64,000 nt of DNA from Paraspadella gotoi (GCA_051294375.1 CM119265.1:7512629-7576628); one strand, 5' to 3'. Counted from the first letter of the stretch, positions 1 to 14,710 are shown. Translations and numbers: made by a program. The notes: generated by a model not told the origin, from the letters alone.

Positions 1-419
1 TAACCTAGTGAGCCGAGTAAAAACTAAAAAAATGAATACAAAAAGAAAAAAAGGAGACAAGAAAATGAAAAAAAAATAGCAGACGGTCCGCTGGCTTGAT
101 TCACTTCATTCGACTTAATCGCTTTTCTTTAACTCTCTCTGTCTCTGTCTCAATCTCTGTATTTGTCTCTGTCTCTCTCTTAACTCGTCCCACCCCTTTT
201 CTCTCTATCGTCCCGTCTCCTTATCCAATACAAAAAAAAGAGCTTTTATTGTATCATTTCATTTTTCGTTTCATTTTATTCATTTCTTCATTTACTTTTC
301 TTCATTTTCTTCCGCTTAGTGAACCAGATTAGACTTGACGCGCGACGATACCTCATATCTCACTCCTCCTTTCCTTTTCACCTTTTTTGTTGTTGTTGTT
401 GTTCTTTTGTTCTCGATCT

Positions 420-3400
420 TGCTCCATATTTTTTTATTATCTTTTCCTCTCTCTCTGTCTCTCTGTCTCTCTGTCTCTGTCTCTGTCTCTGTCTCTGTCT
501 CTGTTTCTCTCTCTCTCTCTCTCTCTCTGCCCGCGCGGTAGATATTTTTCTTCTTTTCACAAAAGACGCGGTTGTTTTTCATTCGTTTCTCTCGCCCGGG
601 CATTCTCTGCCTTTACGCTTTGCTTTTTAGCTTTGCTTTTAATCGACCTCGCTTTTTTACCGCCTTTTGTCTCTCCTTATCCTCATTTTTGTATTTTCTT
701 TTGATATTTCAATTTTTTCATGGATTTTTATTTTTATCAATATATTGATTTTTAATTACTTTTAATACTTATCAAATAGCGCGCTCTCTCACTTAATACC
801 GACATCTTCCTTCTTCTCCCCCTTTTCACTTTCTTTCGTTCCCTTATTCGCCTCCTTTCTTTTCATTTCCGTCCTTTCCCACCTTTTTTTTTACCTTCCC
901 TTTTTTTCCCTTTTCATTTTCCCGCGTCGTCGCTTTCCCGCCCCCCCCCCTTGTCCCCCCCTCTCTCACGATTCTCGTCCCAGCAGCAATTTGTTTATCT
1001 CAGTTCCCCACTTTTGCATTTGAGGGGCTTCGTCGTCGTCTCGTCGTCGTCGTCGTCGTCGTCGCTATCGTCCCGTCGTGCTGGCACTCTTTCAACCCTT
1101 TCCGAAGTCCTGCATTCACTTATTTTATCTCCTTTTCACTGAAATAAAAAATACAACGTCTCTCAGTTTTCTTTTCTCTTTTTTTTTCTTTCTGATTCTT
1201 TTTTCAGTTGGAACTCTTTTTCAGTTCTTTGTTACCTGTTCTTTTCTCCTTACTTTCTTACTCTCTTTCTTTCTTTCTTCTTCTTTCTTTCTTTTCTTTC
1301 TTTCTTTCTTTCTTTCTTTTTTTTCTTTCTTTCTTTCTTTCTTCTTTCTTTCTTTTCCTTCTCCTCTCTCCCTTCCTTTATACACTCAGTTCTTTGTTAA
1401 TTTTCTCTATTTTTGTCCTTATCCTTCCGCACTTTACAATGTTTTGAAGGAAGTATCTTCTCGTATGCAGGTCTAGAAGGTCGGTCTCTGAGCACCTCCC
1501 CACTATTTTTTATTATCTTTTCCATCTCTCTCTGTCTCTCTGTCTCTCTGGTCTCTGTCTCTGTCTCTGTCCTCTGGGTCTGCCTGTTTTCTCCCTCTTG
1601 CCCTCCGTCGTGGTAAGGACTACTCTCTCTATGCGTTCGGCGGCCAGAGGCCCCCAGGATCATTCTGGATGCGCTCCTTGGAAACTGTTGCCTGATTCTC
1701 TCTGGGCGGAAGAATGGCTCCAAATAAGCGTGAGGTCGGGTAGGGATATTTTCTTCTTTTGGGGTCTTCTCACAAAACGCAATAACATACCCGGCGGTTT
1801 GCTGTAGATCCCGATTAATTACTACACTCACTCACCTCTCAATTCGGGGTACTCCTCTCGCCCGGGCATTCTCTGCCTAAGTATTCTACGTGTATGCAAA
1901 TATATTATTCATGTTTTAGGCTCTCGCTTTAATAATTTTACTGAGAAAATAGATAAGCAAACTTCGCGACGCTGCACTCCCATTTTTCATCATTCTTGGA
2001 CTTTCTGCATTCGGAAAAGACGCTTTTTTTAATATCGATGCAAGTCGAATCTATGTTCCAACCAACGGATTGTTCTTCGGCACTCCTACTCTGCTGGTGG
2101 TCGACTCTGGTTGCAGTATGTACCGAGTCGTAGCCTCATTGATTTTTTGAATATTTTCTACTGGTGATTTGAACGCTATTCGCGTCGACACGGTCCCGAG
2201 TCAATTGGTTGCCTAATCAGAATGCACGTGGTATTGTTACAGTCCTATTTGATTGGGAAATACAATATAATCTTGGTAAGCCGGAATGAGTAAAAGTTTA
2301 GAGGAATTTGAGGCTCAAGATGTTATCTTTCATACTATCTCTTATCACCAAATAGCGCGCTCCTCCTCCTTAATACCACGACAATCTTCCTTTCTTCTCC
2401 CCCTTTTCACTTCTTTCGTTCCCTTATTCGCCTCCTTTCTTTTCATTTCCCGTTCTTCTCCACACCTTTTTTTTTTACCTTCCTTTTTTTTTCCCTTTTC
2501 ATTTTCCCGCGTCGTCGGCTTTCCCGCCCCCCCCTTGTCACCCACCCTCTCTCGGTCAGACGAATTGACTAACGTGGCCGCAGGGCAAAGAGGAAATTTG
2601 TATTATCCTCAGGTCCCGGACTTGATGCATGTTGAGGGCTTCGTCCGTACGTGCGATCAGTCGTGCGTACATCGGGAGAAGATCGACTGAAATCGCTTCG
2701 GTGGCGTCGCATTGGGCACTCTTCAGGAAAACACCCTTGATCCGAAGATACACTACCATAGATACATACATTATTTTATTCTCTCTTGTTCATTCGCTGA
2801 ATCGATGAAAAATACACTATTCACTGTTCTCTGCAGTTTACTTTCTCTTCTATTTTTGTTCTTTTTCATGGCTATCTTTTATTCTCACACTTCGTTTGAC
2901 AATGACCTCAACGTTTTTGTTTCAGCACAGACGCTCTTCTCTTCTGCATACCTTTGTTACCTATCCTTTGCGTCGTTCGTTCTTGGAATGCGGTGGCTCG
3001 GTCGTGCGTCGAATCTGACCATGTGTCGCTCTACTCTTCTGAAAATATCAGTACCCACTATCTGGCTCTTCCTTTCCTCGTTCCTTTCTCTGTGCCTCGA
3101 TGAATTTCTTCCTTTCTTCGATTTCGATCCATATATCTCTTGTGATGTTTTTGCTAAAAAAAAATAAAAATAAAAAAAGGTATCTATCTTAGATTATATC
3201 TTTCTTTGTCAATATCTACATTTCTTATTGTAGTTTCTAATTATATCTTAAATGTTATATTACCCAATATCTTGATCCATACATTTTTCTTCTTCGAAAA
3301 TCCCTCCTCCACCGTGCGTTGACGATGCAAGTTCCCTGCCCAGGTGTCGGTCGAACGCGTGATTTGACGAGATTGTCGTTGAGATACTTGACTTACAGCT

Positions 3401-3590
3401 TTCCTTGCCTAGGCGAGACGGGTTATCCCGTCTGATGAATGTGACGTCGGGTGTGTATCCTTTGTTTTCGTACTTTCCTTCTCACTCTCGCTCCGCCTCT
3501 CTAAACCTCTTCATATCACTGCAGTTCTTTTGTTAATTTTCTTATTTTTGGGTCGCTTATCCTGTCGGCACTTTTACAAATGTTTTCCGT
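420..3590 (+). repeat. Noisy direct duplication (about 420-1450 vs an expanded copy at about 1495-3590)
   Basis: Shared anchors gcccgggcattctctgcct (595/1860), caaatagcgcgctc (773/2349) and cagttcttt...gttaatttt (1388/3522). The second copy is padded with insertions. Confidence 0.8.
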
Positions 3591-4780
3591 ACACGTCGAG
3601 TTTCTCCTCTTCTGAGTTCTCTCTCATCACCGGCGGCGATGAATTGGACGAGCGGAGGTCCGTTCGTTGCGTCCCAGAGAGTGTTTTCTTCACAGGGTGA
3701 TGATCGCCACACCCTCCCTTTTGTTATCACTTGAGGAGAAAGGGATATAGAGTATTTATGTATTTTTAGGAATATTATCTCAACCTAATACAAGTCTATA
3801 TATATTATCCTATCTCACACATCTTTCTTAACATATTAACTTTCATAACACTCTTCTTACCAGAGTGAGGAAACGAACAACAATTATACTACTGAACCAT
3901 TTTATGTACCCTCCAAAAACGCAATAAAAGTAATATTATTACAAATTTTTAAAAACATTTACGCCAGCGTAGGTGTACATTATCTGAAATTACTAAGTAG
4001 ACTAACGGCAATAAACTGCTTAAAAATTCCACACAATCAGTTTTTTTCTAAAATCGAGATTTGTTTTTTTGCACGATTGGATTCATTTCATTACAAAAGT
4101 TGATGAATCTCAAGGAAAAATATTCAACACTCACTCTCTTTTGAAACCAAAATTCCTTCTCAATTAAGGGTGGGTCAAATCTCAATAACCATTCGGAGAA
4201 TCAAACGTCGTCCTATATTTTATTTAACCAGTTTCAAGTCTCTCATGAAAATTAAACCTTTTGGACTATATCTTGTCATACATATAGTTTTTTTTTTATC
4301 ATTTTAAACTACGCGCACTTAATTGACGAGCGATTCTTTTCTTAACAAAATGATATTATACTCTTATTCTTTTATCAACTTTTTTGAAACGAGTGAATTT
4401 TAAAATCTCGCAATCAAAATTAGAAGAAAAGCACCCTATTTTGTTTGAATTTTTCGGAATTTTAATAAGGATATTCGTACTCATATTATATATATCATAT
4501 AAGCCTATCTGCAGGAACAATTAAAAACATAAAATAACTCTTTTTTTACAGAAAATTAATGTTCACATGATGGTAATTGTTGTTCATTAAATTGAACCCT
4601 TTAGAATTTCGTATGTAAGCTCCAGCTTTCACTCAATTCGAAGCCTTAATGAATAAGCGAAGGCGAAAAGCGAAATTAGAAATTTCCAAGACTTCTCTCT
4701 CTGATAAAAGCATAACGTTACAAAATCCTCCCCCACCACCGCATACTCCGACGTCTCTCATGGCATTCACCAGTCCTAAC

Positions 4781-5054
4781 CTGCAGATGAGTATCGTCGT
4801 CCAAACATCACTCGCAGCAGACTTTATGCCGTGCTTCCTGGCGGCGAGATCTCGCTTCGACCGCTCGAGCATTTTGAGGATGGTGGCGGGCCGCTTGAGC
4901 CTGACGGTCACGTCCGCCCAGTCGTCCACCAACATCTTGTCCGAGTGACCCACGGGACCGAGTGGACGACCTTGACGATGTTAGCCGATGACTGGGGAAG
5001 GCGGACTGAGAAACGCGTGAGGCGGTTGAGTGGTCGTTTCGTTGCCGATCGAGT
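4781..5054 (-). CDS. Coding-like exon of an unidentified gene (one apparent frameshift)
   Basis: GC-rich, high-complexity block reading ...RLPQSSANIVKVVHSVP / GHSDKMLVDDWADVTVRLKRPATILKMLERSKRDLAARKHGIKSAASDVWTTILIC, with a 1-nt shift near 4955. It ends at donor CAG|GTTAGG (4780). The acceptor side is weak. Confidence 0.45.
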
Positions 5055-5909
5055 CTAACAACCGTGTCGCTCTCCTCTCTCTCTCTCCCCTCTCTCCTCT
5101 CTCTCTCCTCTCTCTTCATCCCCAGGACACTCCGTTATCTCAGTTTCCTCTTCCCTCTCTCTCGCTGTCTCTCTCTCCCACCCTCTTGCCTNNNNNNNNN
5201 NNNNNNNNNNNNNNNNCCCCCGTCGTCTGCCTTCCTCGTTCTTAGTCTCGACTCGATGAAGCTGATTATATTGACAGGCGACGGCGGCGTCGGCGATGCT
5301 CAGATGGTGGAGGTCTGCGTTGGACTTTTCAGTTCCGGAAAAGGAAGATTGGAAGAAGAGAAGAAGTCGGGGAGGTTGGAGCGATTGGAAGGATGATTGG
5401 ATGAAGTTCTTGGTTGGTTAGAAGGGGATGGAAAGTTGGTATTATTGATCACTGGTTAAATTTATTTAAATATAGTTAAATATAGTTAAATTTATTTAAA
5501 TTTAGTTAAATTCGTATGGAAGAGCATGGGTGGTAGAGATGAGATGAACTAAATGAAAATGAGAAAAAATAAAGATGATGATGATGATGATGATGATGAC
5601 GACAAATATCGGGGTCGTGATAAGTTCAGAGCTTGGGTTAGTACAACGATTTTAGGGGGTGGTTTGGCTTTAAATAATGATGATGATGAAATCTGGAAAA
5701 GTCGTATCGCACGAAGAGTTCTGTCTATTGGCGGAGGCAAAGGAGAAGGAAATTAAATCAAGATATGGAATTTGAAAAATCTTTTTTTAGGAAAGTCTCG
5801 AAAAAATTTCAAATAATTTTATTTCCCTAACCCCGCAACAACAACAACAACAAAAAAATAGAGAACAACTTTCCGGAGATTAATACGAAATTGAAACTGG
5901 AAAATCTCG

Positions 5910-5960
5910 TTGGCGTCACGCACTGACGCAGTGACGGTCAAAGATGGCGCTGGCGCTGGC
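5910..5960. promoter_or_regulatory. CRE half-site cluster plus YY1-like AAGATGGCG
   Basis: cgtcacgcacTGACGcagTGACGgtcaAAGATGGCG. Confidence 0.35.
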
Positions 5961-6110
5961 GTTGGTTCAAATTTCGCGTGGCGGGACTTGTCGTGAATGG
6001 GTTAGTGGGTACAGTCTCTGTTGAGAGCCATGGCAACTGAGCCTTCGACGTTGACGACGACAACGACGAAGACGACGACGATGACAACTATGCAGCGATG
6101 ACGACGAAAC

Positions 6111-6142
<32 letters not shown>

Positions 6143-6281
6143 CGTGTGATTCGTCTCTCGAATCGAAACTCGCTTTCGTCAAATATGCAAATTGTGATTT
6201 CGACCCAAAACCGGGCGAGCGTAGCGGAGAGAGAAAGAGAGAAAAAAACAATCGGTTCATTCAATATGCAGCACACCTGAG

Positions 6282-6400
<119 letters not shown>

Positions 6401-7279
6401 ATCCGTGATTGTCAACACGACGTTTCGTGTCTTTTGTGTCAGCGGTCGGTGAGTTATTGTTTCACGTTGACGTCTGAAGAAGGAAAAAGGGATTGCTTAA
6501 GGTGGTTGAGAGTGGTTGAAGGTGGTTGAGAGTGGTTGAAGGTGTTTGAGAGTGGTTGACAATTTTGGAGAGTGGTGAAATTTTAAATGATAATGCGGAG
6601 ATGAGGTGATTAACCAGCAAAGAGTGTTCATTTGAAAGCAGGTGTCCTCTATGAGGGATAAGGTCTCGATCGAACTTCTAGTTAATAGATAATAGTTGAT
6701 AGTTAGTATTTAACTCCTAGTTAACTGTTAGAGTTAAAGTTAAAGAGAAAACAATTGGACCAAGGCTGGAGAAGAGTGAAAGAAAAGGAAAAGGAAAGGA
6801 AAAAATGGAAGACAGAAGAAGGGAAAGAAAACCCAAATAAAAAAGAATGAGAATAAAAAAATGAGAAAAGAAAAGGAGCAGGAAGAGAAAAGGAAATAAA
6901 GGAAAAAAAAACAGAGGAAAATATAATGAAGGGAAAAGGAGAGGAAAGGAAAGTAAAAGAAAGATGGTTGTTTGGATCAAAAAGGAGGAAAGGAGGAAAG
7001 GGGAGGAAAAGGAAAGAAGGAAAGGGGAGGAAAAGGAAGGGAGAAAAGAGGAGGAAGAGGAAAGAAGGAAAGGGCAGAAAAAGGAAAGGAGGAACAGGAA
7101 GAAAAAGGAAAGAAGGAAAGCGGAGGAAAAGGAAAGGAGGAAAGAGGAGGAAAGGAAAAAAGAATCTCTCGACGATCGACGGAAAGAGATAATAAATGAG
7201 GATAGAAAAAAAAGAGAGTTGACAAATAGTTAAGAAGGTCCGCCGTCGTTACCCGTCGTCGTTGTTGTCGTTTTATTTT

Positions 7280-7310
<31 letters not shown>

Positions 7311-7811
7311 GGCTTCAAGTGCCTCAGCTGTCGCTGCCGCATCCTGTGCCGTCCTTGACGAAGAGAATCTCTCTTTATATATCTCTCTCTCTCTTCAGCC
7401 TCTCTCGCTCTCTTATATTCCGATTATTGATTTATTCTTATTAAGCAAATCGCGTTTCTTCTCGAGAGGAGGCGAGCGTTAAATATTGAATTCTCTCTCT
7501 CTTTCTCTCCTCTCTCTCCTCGTCTCTCTCTCTCTCTCTCTCGTCTCTCTCTCTCTCTCTCTCTCTCTCTACTCTCTCTCTCTCTGTCTCTCTCTCTCTC
7601 TTTCTCTCTCTTCTCGCTCTATCTCTCTCTCTCTCTCTCTGCCTCCCTCTCACCCCGCCATCCGGCGCACGCCCGACCGCCCGCGTCTCCGGGCCATAAA
7701 AACAAACAAAGTCGAAAATTGCCTCATAGTTTAGGACGAAAAGGTTTCGCGCCTTTAATTTTCGCTCGGACGAATGAAAGAACATTTTTTTTCTTTTTCT
7801 CTTCTTTCTGT

Positions 7812-7851
<40 letters not shown>

Positions 7852-8899
7852 TTTATTTAATTTATTTATTTATTTATTTAATTATTTATTTATATATTTA
7901 ATTATTTATATATTTTTTTATTTATATAACTATTCTTTTTTTAAAAAGATTTTCCATAAGACTTAGACGTTATAACAGACTCAATTTTTTTTATGTTTTT
8001 CAGTTTAAAAAAATATTATATTGTTTTTCTTACTAAAATTTATTTTTAATTTTATTTTGTCACAAAAAAAGGTCTGTTATATTTTCTTCTTGAACTATAG
8101 ACTTTATTTAAACAAAATAATACGACCTCCTATCAACTTCAACGTTTCAATTTCTCATCTAATTTTCTGCATAAAAAGGAAAAAAAGACAAAAAATTCTC
8201 AAAACCAAAAAAAAAAAAAAAAGGGAAAGTAACATCGAAAAAATTTCATTACCGACGAGGAAGACGACGTCTGATTTTCATTCTCGGATTATTAATTCCA
8301 TTTTTTCTCCTTGTTTTTTTCTGTTTTTTTTTTCTTTCAAAAAATCCATTTCCTCCGAGGTTCGGTTTCCTTTCCTCCCAAACTCTCGATGGCAAAAAAC
8401 TCACTCACCCCAACTCACCCCAAGTTGCCTACTCTCCCCACCCGTCAATCTCCTACAAAATCCACTTCACCAATTTAATTTACCTCACCTTCAGCAACTT
8501 TAGCCCTCACCTTTTCACCCTTCCACCACAAACTCCACATTCCCCACAACACTCCCCACCACAACCACCACCTTCCCCTCCGCAGCCACCTCACTCCCCA
8601 CCTAAACCACCACCTTGCCACTCAGACCTTTTTCACGTCTTTCACTCTCGATGACGTCGTCGACTCTGGATTATTTTTCCGGGGATTTCTCTTCTCTTCT
8701 CTTTTCTTTTCTTTTCGTCTCTTTTATTCTCGTCTCTTCTCTTCTCTTCTCTTCTCTTCTCTTTTCTTCCCTACTCTTTACCTTTCTCTTTGTTTTCGTT
8801 GCATTTTTCCATTTGAATTTTTTAAAATAAAAGATTTACATTTTTTTGTTTTTCTTTAATCGTTTCTTCTCTATTCCGTATATTCCCGATTTTTATCTT

Positions 8900-8992
<93 letters not shown>

Positions 8993-10359
8993 CTCTCTCT
9001 CCCTTCTCATCTCCCCCTTTACTTTCACCTTTTTTCCCGCCCAAAAAAAACCTTTCCCTCACTTACCAAGATTTTCTTCCTTCCTCATCCATAATTCTTG
9101 TTTCCGCGTCGCCTCACCCGAACCACACCCTCCACCCTAAGCCGACCACACCTCCCGCTCTCACCAGACCACACCCTTTACCTCGAACACGCCCGCCCAT
9201 CGCTTCCTCCTCCCCTTGACCCCGCCGCGGCGCCTCACACGAAGATTCTCAATCACCCACCGCTCTTTACCCATTCGAGTATTTCTATCTTTCCTCTTGT
9301 TTAACTCAAAACTATCTTCGTCAAGCGCTTTCCTCCTTTCGTTTCTTCCCTTCCTCCATCCACTCCCTTTATCATCCCCTACTCCTCTTCCCCTTCCTCC
9401 GTTACCCCTTTTCTTCTCCCTCCTCTCCCCTTCTTTCAAACTTTTCCTCCCTCCCTCCCAAATTTATTTCTCTCTTTCTCCTCGACCCCCTTCCGTCTTC
9501 CTCCCTCTCCCCTCCCAAACTTAATCCTCCTCCTCCTCCTCCTCCTTCCTTTCCTCCCTCCAGCTTTGCCTCTTATTCTCTGATTTCTATTTTCGTTCCC
9601 TTTTTACGAGGCTGGGTTGACGTTTCCTCGAAACGACCGACTGTTTCGACAACCGATTTTTTTTTTCTCTGTTGGTTCCAAGAGAGAATTCTATTGAAAG
9701 AACGATTTTCTATCCAAAACGCTTTTTTTCTCTTCGATGCTTTTTTTGTTGTTGTTTGCTTCGAGAAATGCTTTTTTTTTTTTTGGTTTAAGTTGACAGT
9801 TTCATAAATATTCTTTGCGTCGCCGTTGGTTTCGAGCGTGTTTTTTTTTACCTACGTTTTGTCTTATAACTTGTGCTTCATGCGTTACATAATTTTTTTC
9901 CCCATGGTTTTCCCATAAGTTTATAATTACTTATATTATAAGTAAAACAAATATTTAGCATACTTTTCTTAACCTTTTTACTGCCCGATTAAAAACAAAC
10001 AAACAAACAAACAAACAAACAAACAAACAAGGCTCTTTTGTTCTGATGGTTTGACTTTTATTTTGTCAACGATATTCATATTGCATTCACTCCAGAATTC
10101 GGTTCACGTGGGGAATCTTGTTTCAAAAAATATTTTTTGGTGTTTTTTTTTTCCAATACCAATTGCTTTGCTTAAAATTTCTACTCTGCCCTTTATACGA
10201 AACCTTTAAAATTAAAAAAAAATGTTATTTTATATATAACGTTGTCACGTTTCACTGTGTCACGTTGTCACGTGTCACTGTGTCACGTAGTTCACGTGAT
10301 CCGCCTTCGTCGTCTTAATCTTAATTGCGGATTCGCGTTTTGAGGTCGAAAGCTGATTT

Positions 10360-10424
<65 letters not shown>

Positions 10425-10619
10425 AAAACAATTGACGTTCGCCGCAAATCCTTCGTTTTTGTTGTTAGTCGATTTTTAATTCGTCTTTGGTTTAATTTAT
10501 ACAAAACATCTTGTTGATATGTAATACTTTATACTTTATACTAATCATTTACTTTTTTTTTACCATCAGATGTTTAACGTCAATCATTCTCCACTCAACG
10601 TTCATTTTTGGAAATCAAC

Positions 10620-10825
10620 TTCGCCATTCGCCATTTGCCATTCGTCCCTCAATTCGCCGATCGCCATTAACCATTCGTCGTTAGTACCTCAATTCGCCAT
10701 TCGCTCCTCCATTCGCCATTCGCCGTTAGTCCCTCTATTAGTTATTCGCCTTTCGTCGCTCGATTCGCCGTTCGCCTTTCGTCGCTCGATTCGCCGTTCG
10801 CCTTTCGTCGCTCGATTCGCCGTTG
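10620..10825 (+). repeat. ttcgcc-based degenerate repeat ending in three perfect 26 bp units
   Basis: ttcgcctttcgtcgctcgattcgccg x3 at 10745-10822. Confidence 0.85.
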
Positions 10826-11509
10826 GACTTTTTCTTCTCTCTCCCCGAGACCCTTCATCGATTCTCCGTCCCCGCCGCTTGATTGAAACTCGGGGCGACG
10901 CAACCCCGCGGGGTCTGTCGTTCGAAAGAGAGGCGAGGGAAAGGGGAAGGGGTCGCGGCGGGGTTTTGGGGGGGGAGGGGGGCTGGAGGGGGACACCTCC
11001 CCCCTCTGAAGTCTCTCGCCTCGTCACTTCATCGAAATTCCCTTCGTCAACCAAAGTCGAAGTCCGTGAGAGAGAAATACGAAATTTCGTCGCCTCTCGA
11101 TGGGAGAGAGAGGGAGAGAGAGAGAGGGGGAGAGGGAGAGGGAGAGAGAGAGGCGGGAGGGGGAAGAAGAAGAGAGGAAAGGAAAAGGAGACGAGGACGT
11201 GGGATGAGGTGAGGTAAGAGGAAGAGGTCTCGGAGGTTCGAGAAAAAAATAAAACTAAGGAGAGGAAGAAGAGGAGGAAAAAGGGGAAAGAAATAGAAGA
11301 AGACGAAGACTGATGGGGGAAAAAAATATCAGGAGACAAAATGTGGACGAAAAATAAAGATGGGAAGGATAAAAAGAAAGACAATAACGTCGAAGACAAT
11401 GACGGAAGTGACAAGAGTGACAATGACAAAAAAAAGGTGACGATGACGAACGAAATCGATGAGTTGAATTGACGTCATCCAACGTAAATGGAGATATCAA
11501 TCGTGACAA

Positions 11510-12380
11510 GCGAAGATGACGACGATGAAGACGATGAAGACGACGACGACGGACGATTGAAGACGATGAAGGACGAATGCAGAAACGAGCGACGATGAGG
11601 GACTGATGAACGCACGAGAACGATACGACGATGCGACGACGACGATGAAGACAATGAAGACGACGATGACGACGACGATGAAGACGATGACGCACGACGT
11701 ACGATGAGACTGTATGAAGACGACGATGACGACGACGATGAAGACGATGACGACGACGACGATTGAGACGACGATGAAGTACGATGAAGACGACGATGAC
11801 GACGACGATGAAAGACGATGACGGCTTGATCCGATCAAGACCGTCATGTAAGACCGATGACGGCGACGATGAAGACGCATTTGCAGACGATATGAAGGGA
11901 CGTATGACAGACGATGACGCGACGACGATGAAGACAATGAAGACGACTGATGACGACGACGATGAAGACGATGACGACGCGACGATTGGAAGCACGACGT
12001 AGCGTTGAGACATGGACGATGACAGACGATGACGACGACGACGATCGAGGACATGAAGACATGAAGACGACGATGACGTACGACGATGAAGACGATGCGG
12101 CGACGATGAAGTACGATTGACGGCGACGATGAAGACTATGACGACTGATGACGACGTACGACAATGAAGAACAATTGAAGACGACGATGACGACGCGCCA
12201 TGAAGACGATTTGACGACGACGAACGATGAAGACGATGAAGACGGACGATGACGACGCGTATGAAGACGATGACGGCGACGATGAAGACTAAGACGACGA
12301 CGTTTACGAAGAAGATGACGACGACGACGATGAAAACGATGAAGTGACGACGATGACGACGACTGATGAAGACGATGACC
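11510..12380 (+). repeat. Degenerate (gacgacgatgaa/gacgat)n satellite
   Basis: About 870 bp of GAC/GAT/GAA triplets with scattered indels. Confidence 0.9.
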
Positions 12381-12626
12381 GTTAAGGCAAAAACTGATGA
12401 ATGACGGACTGATTCGTTAAATCCAAACCTTAAAATGAGGAATATTATCTAAAATAAAAAAAAAAAAAACTTTGTTAAAGGAAAAAAAAAAAATACGTTA
12501 ATTTTCGCTCGATAATAAACGACGATGTCGATGACGATATTTAGAGCGAGATTTCATATATCATGACGACGTTTAATACATGAAAACGCCGCGGGGTTTC
12601 CAGACGGAAAGAGAGATTCTGAGAGA

Positions 12627-12696
<70 letters not shown>

Positions 12697-12798
12697 CTCA
12701 ATTAACAAGACGATGGCATGACGTTCGCAAAATTGTTGACGGCCAGTCAGCTGATAAGATGGCGTACATCGACGACGACAACAACGAAACAACAACGA

Positions 12799-12839
<41 letters not shown>

Positions 12840-12848
12840 CTCTCTCTC

Positions 12849-12885
<37 letters not shown>

Positions 12886-13084
12886 TCTCTCTCGTCCCTC
12901 TCTCTCTCTCTCTGCTTCTCGCCGAAAACCGTTTCTGCCGGAGCTGATGAACGGGAATAATGAATGAGCCGGACTAACGAACGCAGTTATGAAGAATGAG
13001 CCGGGCTAATGAACGATGTTATGAATAACGAGCGGCCGCGGACGGAGTAAGAAAAAAAAAAGCGTCGGTGATGAACCAAGCTCG

Positions 13085-13125
13085 CTGATTGGTCGAATAA
13101 CGAATTTAGAGGAGCCAATGAGGGC
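13085..13125. promoter_or_regulatory. Pair of CCAAT (NF-Y-like) boxes
   Basis: ctgATTGGtc at 13088 and agCCAATga at 13115, in a CpG-rich context. Confidence 0.45.
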
Positions 13126-13887
13126 GCGGTAATTCGACGCATGACGGAATTAGTGAGGGTCGAATGCTCCGTTTCGTTCACTCTACACGGAATTCTTTGC
13201 TCTCAATACAAAAAAGATTGATACTTTTTGATTTTTCTTTTCTCTCACAGCCTCGCATCTTCATTTCCCTTTTTTTCGATTGTCTGCGAGATGTAAGACG
13301 GTAGTGCGAAATGTTCGGATTGAACCTTTAACGTAAGGATTTTTTTTGTCATTCACCTTTTAATTACTGAGAGAAATCAAAAGTCACTCATTCAATCTTT
13401 ATTTATCTTCCTTCTTTCCTTCTTTTTTTTTTGATAGGCACAAACTGAAACAGTAATTATGATCTTTCTTTTTTTTTCTTTTTAAATTCTGCTCGGTTCC
13501 ATCAGGGGCGCTTAGTTTATCTCTATTTTTTTTAATTGTTTTTACAACATCTCACTGGATTTATCACTCAGATTTTTTTTCCTTCTTGCTCTAATGATTA
13601 TTCTTCTAGCGATCCTCGGCATCTCGGTCTCCGAGCGGACTCGCTCCCTCTGGGTTTTCCGTTGAGACGACAATCGTCTACTCCCGTCCACAACTCCTGA
13701 TTTCCAGTAGTTAATCTCTCCTTTCCTCTTCCTCTCTCTTCCTTCTTCCTCTCTTCTCTCTCTGTCTCTGTCTCTAAAGTTATAAACTCTAAACGAGCGA
13801 ATCTCGCGGACGCCCTTATGCAAATGAGGACAAAATCACGTCGTTGTCTCGTGGTCGTCGTCGTTGTTGTTGTCGTTGTCGTCGTAT

Positions 13888-14710
13888 CATTCGTGGTTGT
13901 TGTTGTTATTTTCATCCTTCGAATATATCGAGCTTCGTTGTTTTTACTTTCATCGTCAAAAAGCGGAAAAATAATCAAAATATAGAAATAAAATGCGAAC
14001 GAGATAATAATAACGAAAAATTCACGAGAAAGAAATAAAAAAAGGGAGAAAACACAATAAAAATTTAAAGAATACGACGAAGGAGATATAAACAATGGAA
14101 ATAACGACAACAACAACGACGAAGTCGTCGTCAATGGCGACGACAACAACGGTAATAAAATCAACAAAAACATCGCCTCCCAATTTTTCGCCGAATTTTT
14201 AAAAACTTTTCTCTTATTTCATTCGTTGGTTGTGTTGTTTATTCTTTCATCGCTCGAAATATAATCGGAAGTCGTTTTTTTGTTTTATTATTTACCTTTT
14301 CATCCGCGCTCATAAACAACGGAAAAGTCAGGAAAAAGAGAAAAAAAAAAATAACATCAAAAAATTTATACTTGCCTATATAAGAAATTTTTTTAAAAAA
14401 ATTTTTATTAATCCTGCGAACAGAGGCATAAGATATAATAACGAAAACAAATTCACGACGAGATAAAGAAAATAAAAAAAAAAGTGGAGAGGGGAAGAGA
14501 GAGTAAGAAAAAACACAATAAAATTAAAAGAATACGACGAAGGAGAGATAATAAACAATCTGGGGAAATAAACGACAACCACAACGAACGAAGTCGTCGT
14601 CGTCAAACTGGCGAACGGACAACAAGCGGTAATAAAATCAACAAAAAAAAACATCGCAGCTGCCCAATTTTTTCGCGGCCGATATTTTTTTTTTAAAAAA
14701 ACGTTTCTCT
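13888..14710 (+). repeat. Noisy direct duplication (about 320 bp and about 490 bp copies)
   Basis: Shared anchors aagaatacgacgaaggaga, ggtaataaaatcaacaaaaa and cccaatttttcgc. Confidence 0.85.

Noticed and set aside
1960-2330. Unique-looking sequence that might be a gene (also 3180-3460)
   Set aside because: It lies inside the inflated second copy of a duplication and has no coherent ORF; likely consensus noise.
11510-12380. Asp/Glu-rich protein exon
   Set aside because: Near-pure triplet satellite with many frame-breaking indels and no complex coding flanks or clear splice sites; it cannot be supported as CDS.
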